From: Gordius albopunctatus
Taxonomy: Eukaryota
Direction of reading: 5' to 3'
NCBI GenBank assembly: GCA_964276515.1
Contig: OZ193909.1
Location: 8,370,001-8,434,000 of the forward strand
DNA length: 64,000 nt
In this document: positions 1-13,300 of the stretch, piece after piece
How the letters are laid out: every line of letters starts with the position of its first letter
Position numbering within the stretch: the stretch's first letter is position 1
Made by a program: the position numbers and the translations under genes
The notes under the pieces: model-generated
Databases searched by the model: none
What the model was told of the DNA's origin: nothing
The model's input: only the letters and a program-made list of their open reading frames with translations

Positions 1-534
1 CCCTCTTAATACATCGGAAGTTCGCATCATATGCATCAATACGCCCACAACTGCGTATGTTCGTAACTAAGGTCGTCCAGGCCTATTCATTACATTCACA
101 TATAATCCTGCTTGTCACGATGTACAGGAGCTCTTATTTCATAGTCAATAAACAGTCGATACGCATGACAACACAGCACGTGTTTACAGACAGAAACGTT
201 TGTTAAGTATAAGGTATTTGGCTCTGTGTGTTGCTGGATTTACTCTCTGAAATGACAAAAGGGAGGTTTACCGCATGCCCATATACACATATTATATAAC
301 AAGATCACCTCCAACGAAAAGACGATGTAATATGTGCTAAAATACCTGATCCCAAATAAAAAAGGCAGTATACGAATAAGGGTACGAAAAATGATACACA
401 GCCTTTCTGGAAGACTTAATCTAAAATCGACATGCATGATAGACGGTAAATGCTCAAAGCGATATCCTCAAAAAATGTTGATTTTGCCCCTCCCTAATTC
501 CAATGCTGGCTACGCCCATGTCTTCGAGCAGTAG
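1..534 (+). mobile_element. Degraded Helitron Rep (HUH endonuclease) fragment
   Basis: Across frames it translates to YIGSSHHMHQYA, GRPGLFITFTYNP (Rep motif 1, GxPDLFITFTCNP), QKGGLPHAHIHI (HUH motif, QKRGLPHAH) and MIHSLSGRLNLKSTCMIDGKCSKRYP (MIHGPCG..CM..GKCSKxYP). Stops and frameshifts are present, and a MITE end (ctggctacgcccatg, ~506-520) interrupts it. Confidence 0.85.
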
Positions 535-1116
535 CGTACGCAAGGGAGTGGTTTTAGTATTTTCTAATATCGCATTATATAATAAATATTATGAGCCGTG
601 TTGACGATGTGATATATTTTAAATCTTTTTGAAACGAAGTGCTAAGAGCGCGGTTTGAACCCGTGAGCTCTTGTTCAAAAACAAACAATATTTATCAATA
701 ATGAAATAAAGCTGAGAGATAAGAAAAGTTCGGCCAGTTAGGTCTACCGGCCGGATGGGGCAAATGTTGTAAAATAAGATTTTCAGGCTCCCAAAAAGGG
801 CAATATAATAAGATTCAAGCAAATCTGGCTTATTAAGATTTTTTGTGTAGTGTATTATTTTGCCCCCTTTTTTTATTGTATTAGATTTATTATATTATTT
901 CTTTTCTAAAAAACGAGAATCAAATTTATAATTTTTCGAAAATACACTAACTTATTACCCAAAATCTTAAAAATTATTATTTTGACCCGGGCAATTTGGG
1001 CAGCTTGAATAATTTGGGATTTGTCAGGCGGCGCCCGGACCCGGTTTGGAATTTTTTTAAACAAATCTGAACTCTAAAAAATATAAATTCGGTGGATAAA
1101 ATATAAACGTTATAAA

Positions 1117-3281
1117 AAAACTCGGGCCTTCGGCCCTCGTGGGAAGGGGGAAGGGGAGGAGGCGAGGGAAGGGGGAACTCATCTACACTCCGTATAAATG
1201 TATCATATTTGCTATGCAATTTATGGGCGAGAAAGGTGGGAAGGGGTGAGAATGCCTATAGGCGGGGGGGGGGGGTATTAAATGTAAAATAATTAGTTAA
1301 TTATTAATACAAATTTTCGATTTAATTAAATTATAAAAAATGTAGAAAATGCAAATGTAATATGATTATTTTTTCTTTTTATCATGCCATTTGTAAAACA
1401 CAATGAAAAATGGCTAGCAATAGCCCCTCTCCGACTAGCCCCGACCCCTATTTTAATAAACAATTAATAATGTAGATAAATGAAAGACAAAACCTAATTT
1501 TATGCAAGAACACAAAAAAACAAAATATAGTAATCTTTAAAATAAATAATTCAATGTGTAAAAATGTATATGAAAGAATATTAATGTTGAAAACCTAAAC
1601 ACTAGCACATGCAAAAAACAATCATGAACAAAATATCACATTTGAGAATAAATAAAAATATTACATTAGTTTTTATGGCCTCTAGTGATTATGGGTCTAA
1701 CAAACATTATATTATAAAACACCACAATGTTAAGAATTTGCAGAATTGTTGGGAGAAATTTTTTGTTGAATTTGAACAATTTTTAATTAAAAAAATCAAA
1801 AATTTGGCCAATGGTCATTTCTTCTGCATTGGTCAGTACCAACAGATACTCTATAAGTCAATGATAGCCAAAAAAAACGAAAAAAAAATTTTCGAACCAC
1901 ATTTTGGCCAAAGGTCATTTTTTTCCATTGGTCAGCAGCCAGGACACGGTAAAAGTGGATATAAATTCATAATAGTCAAAAAAAACGAAAAAAAAGTTTT
2001 CGAATCACATTTTGGCCAATGGTTATTTTATTCCATTGGTCAGCAGCCAGCGGACGGCCAAAAAGTCATAATAGCAATGGTAGGAACAGGAACAATCATA
2101 ATAGTCAAAAAAACGGAAAAAATAATTTCGATTCACATTTTGGCCAATGGTAATTTTTTTCCATTGGTCAGCAGCCAGGACACGGTAAAAGTGGATATAA
2201 ATTCATACCAGTCAAAAAAAAAAACGAAAAAAAAATTTTCGAATCACATTTTGGCCAATGGTCATTTTATTCCATTGGTCAGCAGCCAGCGGACGGCCAA
2301 AAAGTCATAATAGCAATGGTAGGAACAGGAACAATCATAATAGTCAAAAAAAACGAAAAAAATATTTTCGATTCACATTTTGGCCAATGGTCATTTTTTT
2401 CCATCGGTCAGGAGCCAGCGGACGGCCAAAAAGTCATAATAGCAATGGTAGGAACAGGAACAATCATAATAGTCAAAAAAAACGAAAAAATAAACTCGGA
2501 TACACATTTTGGCCAATGGTCATTTTTTTCATTGGTCAGCAGCCAGCGGACGGCCAAAAAGTCTTATTATCAATGATAGTAACAAGAACAATCATAAGAG
2601 TAAAAAAAAACTCCGGGATTCTAACCCAAAAACTAGATAAATTGCATAGCAATTATTAAAAAGTATAGGGTAATTATCAATGTTAACCTATTCAAAAACG
2701 AACAAAAAATTTCGATTTATTTGGCCAATGGTAATTTTTTTCAATGGTCAGTAGCCTGCGGACGGTCAAAAAGTCATATTATCAATGGTATTAACAAGAA
2801 CAATATATTAATTTAATTTAAAAAAAAATAAAAATTTTTGTCCTCTCCGGGTCTCGAACCATCAATTTAGAACGTTCGCCGGGATTCAAACCCACATTAA
2901 ATAGAGGCATAAGCCTTTGGAGGGGAACAGGGAACCATATAAATAGAGCCATAGGCCCTTGTAGGGGAGGGCATAGGGTAATTATCAATGTTAAACTATT
3001 CAAAAACGAAAAATTAAAAATTTCGATTTATCTGGCCAGTGGTCATTTTTTCATTGGTCAGTAGCCTGCGGACGGTCAAAAAGTCATATTATCAATGGTA
3101 TTAACAAGAACAAAATATTAATTTAATTTAAAAAAAAAATAAAAAAAAATTTGTCCTCTCCGGGTCTCGAACCCGCAACCTCCAGGTCGGGAAGCTGGTG
3201 TAAATAACTTGGTGGACGACGGACGGACGGACGGACGACGGACAACCAAAAACGAGCCCATAAATTGCATAGCAATTAAAA
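1117..3281 (-). mobile_element. Non-autonomous Helentron-associated (DINE-1/HINE-like) element, copy 1, with internal tandem array
   Basis: 20-bp subterminal inverted repeats ttgctatgcaatttatgggc (1209) / gcccataaattgcatagcaa (3256-3275). A (GGAC)n microsatellite at ~3214-3243 lies next to one subTIR. A terminal hairpin gggcc-ttc-ggccc (1124-1136) lies beyond the other subTIR. Flanks are A/T runs. The same architecture recurs inverted at 35262-36183. Confidence 0.75.
1800..2800. repeat. Tandem array of ~100-130-bp units inside the HINE-like element
   Basis: The motif ttggccaatggtca...ccattggtcagcagccag recurs at ~1804, 1904, 2012, 2140, 2251, 2380, 2509 and 2720. Two unit types (~110 and ~129 bp) alternate. 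Confidence 0.95.
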
Positions 3282-4609
3282 ATTAGTTATTATAAGCCAT
3301 TATTTTTTTTGTTCAGCAATTTTCTATATAGAATTTTAGCTGAGATGGGAACATTCCCAGTTAATATGCCATTCAGTTCTATCGAATGAAATTGCTTTAA
3401 ATGGAAAATTTCATCAGTGATGCATGTGGTTATGGGGAGACAAAAAGTTGGTTATATTAGGCACTGGTTTTAATAGATTTTTCTAAGCTATTAATGTGTC
3501 GAGAGCGACGACAGATCACTTAAGTTTGAGACAAAGGAGAGCTAATTTTTAATAAAGAACCGCTAGCACCCCTCAAAAATTTTTAATAATTTTTATTTTA
3601 TTGTCAATGCAGGTTTTTTATTTAATAAAAAAACATATTATAAATAATAGGATTTCGATTTTTTAATATTTAGGAATCAGTAGATTGGATATAATTTTTC
3701 AACTAATAAATTTTAAACTACTATCTGTATTTTATATGATCTTCTATAGTATTTAATTAAATTAACTTTTGAATTTTGTTTTTGTCAAGATTAAAAAAGT
3801 ATAAATAAATTAAAATTCGAAAAATCCAATAAAAATTATTAATAAAATGTTCCCAGGATTATTTAGATAAAATTTTTATTTTTTGATTAGAAAGCCCCAT
3901 TTAAATTATGACCACAAAGCGCCAGGTCATTCATATGCATCCTTTTCCTAATGCTCATCTCAATTTTTTTTCAAATTATTTTCCTTCAGCTAATCTGTAT
4001 CTCGTATACGACGCCCTATGGCTGATCTCTTGCGAGGAGGGTTTATAAGTTTGGTTTATTAAAACTTTTTATTGAAGCCTTTGTTAAGTAGGCTATTTAG
4101 ATGAGACTAAATAGTTTTATGCTAAATAAAAGGTAGTGGGTAACCTAAATAATTTTTTTTTATAGATTTACATTTCAAAAAAGTTGGGCCGGGCTCGGAC
4201 TCGAGTCGGGCCTGAGTAAAAAAAATTTAGGGGGTCGGGCTCGGGCTTGGGAAAAATAAAATTAAAAGTGTTGGGCTCGGGCAAGGCTCGGGCCGAAAAA
4301 ATTCGATTTTTCTGGGCTCTAGATATACGCCGAGTATTGCAAAACAAATTTTGGTTGTTAGTGTCAAAACGAGAGGCTTAGAATTATAGATAATATAATA
4401 ACAGTTAAATATTAAATAGCATTTCATTTAAAATATTAAGTATAATTATAATCTGATTCAAATGCGAGTATTACTAAAATTTGATTCGCGGCTCCTAGCG
4501 TCCATATTATGCGTCGGTAAACTTTTTTTAAATAACCAATAAATTATATATTGTTTTTTTAAACATTATAACTCCCTGCCACTAATTTGCCCTTCATACA
4601 TTTCCAATG

Positions 4610-5826
4610 ACTAGCGTAAGGCTCCGCCCAGCTCAGGACAGTCCCTGCTTCGCATATCTTGGCTTCAAATCCTCATACACATCGATTACTCTTTTATACT
4701 TATAAAAAAAGCATATTTGCTATGCAATTTATGTTGGAATCGTCATAATTGCATAACCTAGCCCCCTTTTCCCCAAGAGACGGTTTATAAATACATAAGA
4801 GTCGAAAAAAAAACGGAAAAAATTAGCCAATGGTCATTTTTTTCCTTTGGTCAGCAGCCAGGAGACGTTAAAAGTTGATATAAATACATAAGAGTAAAAA
4901 AACGAAAAAAAATTTTGATTCACACTTTGGCCAATGGTCATTTTTTTCATTGGTCAGTACCAAAAGACAGTCTATTAATACATAAGAGCCAAAAATAACG
5001 GAAAAAAATTTTTGATTAACATTTAGGCCAATGGTCAATTTTTTCCATTGGTCAGCAGCCAGCGGACGGCCAAAAAGTCATATTATCAATGGTAGTAACA
5101 AGAACAATCATAAGAGTCAAAAAAAACGAAAAAAAATTTGTTTCACAATTTGGCCCATGGTCATTATTTTCATTGGTCAGCAGCCAGCGGTCGGCCAAAA
5201 AGTCATATTATCAATGGTAATAACAAGAAAAATATATTAATTTAAAAAAAATTTGGCCTCTCCGGGATTCGAACCCACAAACTAGTTAAATTAATAAAAA
5301 TTAAAAATAAACAACGTGACAAGACATTCGGTGCAAGATAAGACATGGGGGCAGAAGGACCCATATCAGTAGAGGCATAGGCCCTTCTAGGGGAGGGCAT
5401 AGAATAATTATCAATGTTAGATAAAAAAAAGGGAAAAAAAGTTCGATTCACACTTTGGCCAAGGGTCATTTTTTTCCATTGGTCAGCAGCCAGCGGACGG
5501 CCAAAAGGGCGGGGGCACAGAGTAATTATCAAAGTTAGCCAAAAAAACGAATTTTTTTTTGATTCACACTTTGGCCAATGGTCATTTTTTCATTGGTCAG
5601 CAGCCAGCGGACGGCCAAAAAGCCATATTATCAATGGTACGAACAAGAACAATATATTATTTAAATAAAAAAAAAAAAAATTGGCCTCCCCGGGATTCGA
5701 ACCCACAAACTAGTTAAATTAAAAATAAGCAACGTGACAAGACATTCGGTGACAAGACATGACGGTGCGTGACACGTTCGGCGTGACATCGGAAAATGGA
5801 AAGTGAGCCCATAAATTGCATAGCAA
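4610..5826 (-). mobile_element. HINE-like element, copy 2 (variant 3' end)
   Basis: subTIRs at 4717 and ~5807-5826, with the same internal repeat units and ggttcgaatcccgg motifs as copy 1. The minus-strand 3' end reads gggcggagccttacgctagt. Confidence 0.65.
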
Positions 5827-6914
5827 AAGAAGAGAATAAAAAAATTAAAATATTCCCATTCATTTTTTCAGCATTAGTCAATTGTTTAAAAATCAATAAA
5901 AAAAATTTATATTTAACAATAAATTATTATACTGATCCCATGGTGGTTTTTAAGCTAAATACGACTTTATGGCACACAATTTCTTCGATAATAGCCAAAA
6001 GTGCAAAATTATTTATAAAATTTGTTTGTTCGCGTATTAGCCCCAAAGTGTATTATTTTGAATAATACTTTATATTCATCATTATATTTTTAAGCATAAA
6101 GTTATCAATCATCAAGGAATACTCTAAAAATTAATTATAAATGTTGTGGCAATCAATTATAGACGATTCTATCTTCTGTTACTCCTCAAATATTAGACTA
6201 GTCACCGTTCCACCATTTCATATACCAAAGTCATATTTCTCAACATATATTGCGATATCATAAAGCCTTTAAGGCATAAACATCCTATCGCAATCCCTTC
6301 TTTGTTTTTAAATTATTATTTTAACAAATATCGTCATGAAAGTTCAAATTATAAGTAAGTTAAACAGTTCTTTACCTGTATTTTATAATACTTCATAATA
6401 TTTATTACTTTGTTTTTATTATTTGTTGTTGACTTCGAAGGGCGTTAACCATATACATATAGTAACTATTATTATATATTGTTGTTAATAAACTTGAACC
6501 TATTGCTAACTTCGAAAAAATTTATTAAATGGTCATTAAAATTTCTAACTAGAGTGGATAATATTATTAAATTAAATCAGATAAAGATGATCATGCTCAT
6601 GTGCTTCTGGTAAGGATTACGCAATTCTAATTTTTTTAAACAAATTTCACACCGAATTAAATTTTTCAATATTTGGTTAAATTGGAGTCAAAAAAGTTGG
6701 CTCTATTAACTTATTTAATCCGAAATAATAATATTACGCTAAAATATGGGACTCTTAATTTGGTTGCTGTTCAAAGCGATAAATGAAAATATTAAAAAAC
6801 ACATATAAACTTTTTATTTTAAAACAATAAAAAGCCCAGCACACATTCGCCTAAAGTTGCACATGTTTAAAATCTTACCTAAATAAATCGAACAAATAAA
6901 TCTTTAACCTAAAT

Positions 6915-7189
6915 CAGGCGCGTAGCCAGGATTTTCTCAAGGGGAAGGAAAAATTCAAAAAAAATATTGACACTTTTATTCATAATGTAACAAAAGTAAA
7001 CTTCGCATACAATATATGCGAACAAGGCGCTATATAACCAGCTTTGGAGAAATCTCTTCTCTTCATTAATCAGAGCATTTGCTATCGATTTTATACCTTA
7101 AAAAAGGACATGAACCTTCAAAAAAAATTCCAACTTTTGTTCAAGGGGGTAGAAAAGTCCCGCTTCCTGCTCCCTTGGCTACGCGCCTG
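6915..7189. mobile_element. hAT-type MITE
   Basis: TIRs caggcgcgtagcca / tggctacgcgcctg, with a perfect 8-bp TSD acctaaat (6907-6914, 7190-7197). Confidence 0.85.
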
Positions 7190-7531
7190 ACCTAAATAAA
7201 TCGAATAAATTGAGATCTAAATGACTTCAAATCAAACGAACTTTGAGTTAGAGGGGATAATATTTATGGGTGTAAATATTACTATATATTATTAACTGAA
7301 GCTTTTATTTTAAACTTTTTTTATACATTTGTATAAACTTATATGTTTTTTCCGTGTCAATTTTATTAAAAATCTTAATTTATCCCATTCAAAATTTTGT
7401 CAATGTATACATTACTCTAAATTAATTTGAAAACTATAATAATGAAAGTGAATTAGTTCAAATTATAAGATTTCTATCCGATCAAGCCTCAAGGCAATTA
7501 TATTTGCATCACTTTAAACATTTGAATAAAT

Positions 7532-9382
7532 ATGAATTTAGCAGCATGTTGTTTAATTGGATTCTTGCTACAAGTTATTGCGAATCCAATAACCAACCCA
7601 TCCGCTGAATTGAAGCAAGTCGTCGATTCAAACTGGAAGATTTGCGTTGATCTTTACAAGTTCTGTTAAAAATTACATATATTTATCAACATTTTTTATG
7701 ACTTATACCTCTATCAAACTGGGTCTGACAAACTTTTATTTTAGAGCATTTGGTTATATTTTTCAAGCCTTTATTTTAAATTTTTAAAATAAGTTTAAAA
7801 ATCCCGTCTTGAACTAATTCGACCTTTGGGTTGATTTTTAGGACTTATTTAAAATATAATAAACTTAACAAAGCATTTATTGTAAAATTATTACTTGATA
7901 TCATTTTGCAGCATATTTTTACCTCAGAATATATTTAGACAACTCTCGCAGTCGTTTCAAGGAAAAAGTATCTTCTTTTCGCCGCAATGCGTCGCCTCAT
8001 CCCTCATGATGCTGCATATGGGGGCTCGTGGGGAAACGGCTCAGCAAATACAAAACGCATTAGCATTCCCAAATGGAATTAACGACAAACACGGCGAGGC
8101 TCAGGATATGATTTTAACTATCTTGAGCAATCATTCTAATTACCAATTTTCACGTGTTAAAACAATTTTTTTCCAAAATGGGTTTAAAGTTGAACCTCAA
8201 TTTCAGAACCCAGCTACGCAATATTACAAAGTCGATTTTAAGATAATGCCATTCGAACAAGATCCTACCAGCGCCAAAAATGAGATGAATGCCTGGATCG
8301 CTAAGAACACCGACAACCATATTACTAATTTAATCTTTAAAGACATAACAACAATGACAAAATTTGTGTTAGCAAGTGCCACGGAATTTCAAGTTGGTTT
8401 AATAAATTATTTTTAATCTATTTTTAAGTTTAGTTATTATTTTTTTAATAAATAAGAAAAATCCTAAACACATTTGAATCGACTCAACCAAGGGTTGAAA
8501 TAGATTTTTATAACTTATCAAAATCAGGCCGTAGGAAAGCAATCTCCAACGAGAGAATCGTTAAGCTTCATAAGTTTCTACTTGCTTTATTGTTTTTATG
8601 ATATATTTGTAATCTGGATTAACGTATACTTCTTAGTCTATGTGGAATCGTAAAATCTCCCCCCAAAACACAACGCTCAAAGTATTCAACGGCATAACCG
8701 GACCAACAAAACCCATTCCAATGATGTCATTTGTCGATACCTTTTTTTATTGGTCTGACCTGGCCTCCAATCAAGTCTTAGAACTACCTTTCGCAGGCGA
8801 CAAGCACGCCGTTTATATTTTACTCCCAAGCCCAGGCTCTAACATACTGGATTTGGAAAATAAGCTGCACGAAAACGGTGTGAGGCCCATGATAACAAAC
8901 CTTAGTCCCGTTTCGAATTTGAGAGTGGTATTGCCTAAATTGGCCTTCAATTTAAGCTATGACCTTAAACCGCAACTCATGGCCATGGGCATGAATGATA
9001 TGTTTGATCAAGGTTGTTATTCACTTTATTATTAAATAAAATGGTACAAAATGAAGCCTTACAAATTTCATATTAATAATAACAACAATTGTATTTTTCA
9101 CCTTTAATATTGGCCTTAATTATGAATAATTTTGCCTTAGATAAAGCCGATTTCTCGGGGTTAGTAAGCGGGTTGCCACATCTACCTCTCAACTACTTTT
9201 TCCACCAAGCCAGGACTGGCTTTCAAGATGAAGGTCAGGAACCAACCCCAGCCATTGAGGTTCCACCGTTTAATGCAAGCACACCCCCACAAGTGTTTGA
9301 AGCTAATAGACCTTTTTTATTTTTAATCATTTGCAAAACATCCCAATCACCCATCTTCGCTGGACGCTACATGGGCGAATAA
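7532..9382 (+). CDS. Secreted serpin (serine protease inhibitor fold), 4 exons, 399 aa; probably non-inhibitory
   Basis: Exons 7532-7659, 7939-8392, 8637-9012 and 9141-9382 join in frame via GT-AG (1200 nt). Hydrophobic N-terminus MNLAACCLIGFLLQVIA. Serpin motifs: SIFFSPQCVASSLMMLHMGARGETAQQI, MNAWIAKNTDNHI, VLELPF, VVLPKL, ADFSGL, FEANRPFLFLI...IFAGRY. Confidence 0.93.
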
Positions 9383-10117
9383 TCACCCGAATTTTCATAT
9401 TATTCACAAAAAATGTCAAAATTATAAGTATAGTAAACTATTAAAACAGTTAACATTTATATTATAAACGCATATAGCACGATTACGTCTACTAGTAAAT
9501 TTTTAGCTACCATTACTACTAAATCTTATCTCAAATGTCCTATAATTTATGGATCTATTTGCTACTAGAAATGTTTGGCAAAACGCTATTGTTTGCGATA
9601 GTTAAAATAAAGTTGTGAATATTATATTTTGCCTAAATCGTTCTGCAGGATTTGGCGTGAGTTTATATAATTATCTACCCTGAATTATTAGAGTTGCTTC
9701 CTCCGAAAAACTATATTTGCCCATTAACCTCCAACTTATGAGGCCCCAAAATAATTCAGTCCGAAAAATATAAAAAAGCATCACATTAATTACATATTGA
9801 TTAAACAAATTAGAAGTACATTCATTCTGTAGAAATAGTAGGTCAACATTAAAAAAATTAGTTAGGAGTGTAGAAAAAATATAAATCAAAAAGTGTGGCG
9901 GGAGGGACCTAGAAATTGATATAGAGATTTCTCGAGGTTCAAATAAACAAACTTTTAAACCCTTTAATTTATTATTTCGAAAAAAAAAATTTAATTAAGT
10001 TAAAATTCTTATCAACCAATTAATAAAACTAATTTTCGAAATCTTTATTTTGTTTAAATAGGAAGCACGATAAATACACATTATATATTCAAAAAAAATA
10101 CAAATTATAGAGCCTAG

Positions 10118-10337
10118 TGTTAGTGCGTTGATTTGATTTAGTCATAATTTATTTAAATGAAGATATTTAGAATCATCGAGCAGAAGGATAATGATTGTTG
10201 ATAATCGCGAAAAGGAAATTAGTAGTATATCGCGCGCAATTTGTTAACAGCTGTTAGTACACATACAACACAAGGAATATCAAAGTTACACAATAAATGA
10301 CACAAATATACATATATAAACTACGCAGCTCACCACA
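10118..10337 (-). repeat. 3' LTR of the gypsy element
   Basis: Direct repeat of 14247-14466 with 6 substitutions counted by eye. On the minus strand it is preceded by the polypurine tract aggaaggggag (10341-10351). Confidence 0.97.
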
Positions 10338-10396
10338 TTACTCCCCTTCCTAAATACGGAGTGTTAGATGAACTCTGATAGTTCCGAGCGCTTTTA

Positions 10397-13300
10397 CTAG
10401 TGTACTTGATTTGCTGGGAGGGGGGGGGGTGCTGATGAACTACTGTCTGAATTAGGAACCGAACCTGGCGACTTAGACATGCCGGCTGAAACAGCTTCCC
10501 CCTTGCCCGTTTGCGGCGTAGATGATGATGAACTAACGTCCGGGTCGGAATCTAAATGTGCTGGCTTTATCCTGTCGATTGAAATGGTCTCAGCCTTACT
10601 GTTATTCTCCACCACATAATACCTATCATACCTCCTAAGCACCTTGAAGGGCCCATTGAACGCAACGTACAAACCTTTGCGGGATTCATCGTTGCGTATA
10701 AAAACGAAATTACTTGCTTTTAAGGCATTAGACAAATTTGGAGTTGTGGTAGCATAAGGGCGAGTTGGATGAAATGGTAGGTTAGCAAAATAATTTTTAA
10801 GATGATTGATGTATTCGGGAATATCAATGGCCTTTTTTGATCGTTCGAAAAATTCACCTGGAAGACGCAACGTTGTCCCTTAAACCAGCTCGGCCGCTGA
10901 ACAACCAATATCTTGTTTGATAGCCGACCTAATTCCTAACATAACCAGCGGAACTAGCTCATCCCATTTCGTTGTATCGCCTTGGGCTTTTAAGGCTACC
11001 TTAATCTGCCTGTGAAAACGTTCGACCATTCCGTTAGATTGCGGGTGATAATCTGTAGTCCTACTGTGATGAAAACCCAAAATACGTGCCAACTCGGAAA
11101 AAGTCTAGACTCAAATTGCACCCCCCCCCTATCAGTAGTAATCGTTACTGGAACTCCATAATTTGATATCCAGTGTTTAACAAACTCCTGGGCCACATGT
11201 TCAGCGGTAATTTTAGCTATGGGCACTGCAATTGGCCAACGGGTAAATCTGTCGACAGCCGTAAGCAAGTAGGTATAGCCATTAGCAGGTGGTAAAGGGC
11301 CGACTAAATCAAGATGCACATCGCTGAATCGTGCATCCGGATTGGCAAAACTACCAGGGGTTGTGATAGTGCATTGAAGGCATTGCCTTGCCCACGACCG
11401 TACGTCTTATTCATCTGTGGCCATACGAATCGTTTAGCTACCAACTTTAGGGTTCCACGGATTCCGGGATGAGCGAGGTTATGTATGAGGTCGAACACCT
11501 TTTGCGTCATCAAAGTAGGTATAACCAGGCGTGGTGTGGCGCAAGAGGTGTCACATTTAATCGTCAAATTTGAACCTGGAATAGGGAAATCGGAAATTTT
11601 AAGCGACGAAAGCTGGTCGGGGCTGTAAAATTCTAATTCTTGAGATCTAGCTATCTGCTCTGAAGATAAACTTTCAAGGTGAATGCTGTCTATGTCCACG
11701 CGGGACAACGTGTCGGCTACAATATTAGTATGGCCACGGATAAACCTAATATCTGACGTAAACTGCGATATGTAATCTAGATGTCTAGTTTCTCGGGGGG
11801 AATACCTGTCAGGTGTTGAAAACAAGGCATGGGTCAAAGGCTTATGGTCAGTATAAACTGCAAAGTCACGACCTTCAAGTTGATGCCTAAAATGTTTTAT
11901 TGACAAATAAATGGCAAGTAGCTCCCGTCCAAAAGTACTGTAACGGCCTTGTGCCGGCGTAAGTTTTTGCGAATAAAAAGCTATAGGGCTAGTTTTACCA
12001 CCTTTCATTTGATTGAGGATGGCTCCTACAGCTGCGTTTGAAGCGTCCGTTGTCAACGAAAGAGTTGCGCCCTCCTCAATGAGTGCCAATTGTGTGACGT
12101 CAGCAAGAGCTCCTTTTGCCTTCTCAAAAGCGTCTATAGAGTCTTTCGTCATGACGATTGGCCCTTTTTTATCGTCCAGCAAGTCGGTTAGTGGCTTGAG
12201 GAGGTGAGCACACTGGGGAATGAAACGTCGATAAAAATTTAACATTCCTATAAACCTTTTAAGTTGCGTCATAGATCTAGGAATAGAAAAATTTTCTATC
12301 GTTTTAACTTTCTCTGGTAGTGGAGCTAAACCCGTCGGAGAAACCTTATGCCCCAAAAAATCTACCGTACTTAGCCCCCTTGACATTTGCTAGTGTTGAT
12401 TTTTAAGTCATATTGTTTTAGCCGTATGAATACCTGACGGAGATGATGAATATGCTCTTCCCTAGACTTGCTTGCGACCAAAACATCATCCAGGTATGCA
12501 AAAGTAGAAGGAAATCCTCGGAAAGCTTGATCTATGAAACGCTGGAACGTTTGAGGCGCATTCCACAAACCGAATGGCATCCTCAAGAAATCATAGAGCC
12601 CAAATGGTGTTATCACCGCCATTTTGTGAATGTCCTGGGGAGCAACGGGGATCTGATGATACGCCCGTATTAAATCAAGCTTGCTAAATATTGTGGTTCC
12701 AGCTAGGTTCATTGAGAAATCATGGATGTGGGGTAGGGGATAACGATCCGGAATCGTCTGATTGTTTAGTTGACGATAATCTCCACAGGGTCGCCAATCA
12801 CCCTGAGTCTTTTTCGGAACCATTTGCAAAGGAGAAGCCCAGCTACTTTGTGATGGTCGAATAATTCCAAGCTCCAACATATGTGCGAACTCCTCCTTTG
12901 CAATTGTAAGCTTTTCCAGGTTTAATCGCCGAGGTTTGGCGTAAGACGCCGGTCCTTTAGTGGGAATGTGATGCACGGCCCCATGCACCTGCTTTCTGTA
13001 GTCCGGAGGTTTGGTTATTTCCTGAAATTCGTTTAATAGACTTGCGAATTCATTCTCCAACGGTAGGGAGCAAGACTGAATCCTTAAAGATGTCGTTGAG
13101 GTGGGTACACCATTTGATATTGTCGCTGCCTGCGGGTCTATCAATCTTTTTCTTCTTAAATCTACTGTGAGATTGAAGAAATCGAGGAAATCCGCCCCCA
13201 AAATGGGTGTTTTGACATCTGCGATCGTAAATAACCACCTGAACGTTTTTCGTAAACCGAGATCAAGCGACAAAGGAATTTGACCGCAGGTTTTGATACA

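Noticed and set aside
1609..2659. ORFs of 233, 133 and 86 aa with internal repeats (also 5031-5668 and 35215-35714)
   Set aside because: They are translations of the HINE-like tandem units. Different copies are open in different frames and there is no protein-family signal.
12013..13283. Plus-strand ORFs overlapping gypsy pol
   Set aside because: Antisense shadows of the pol coding sequence.
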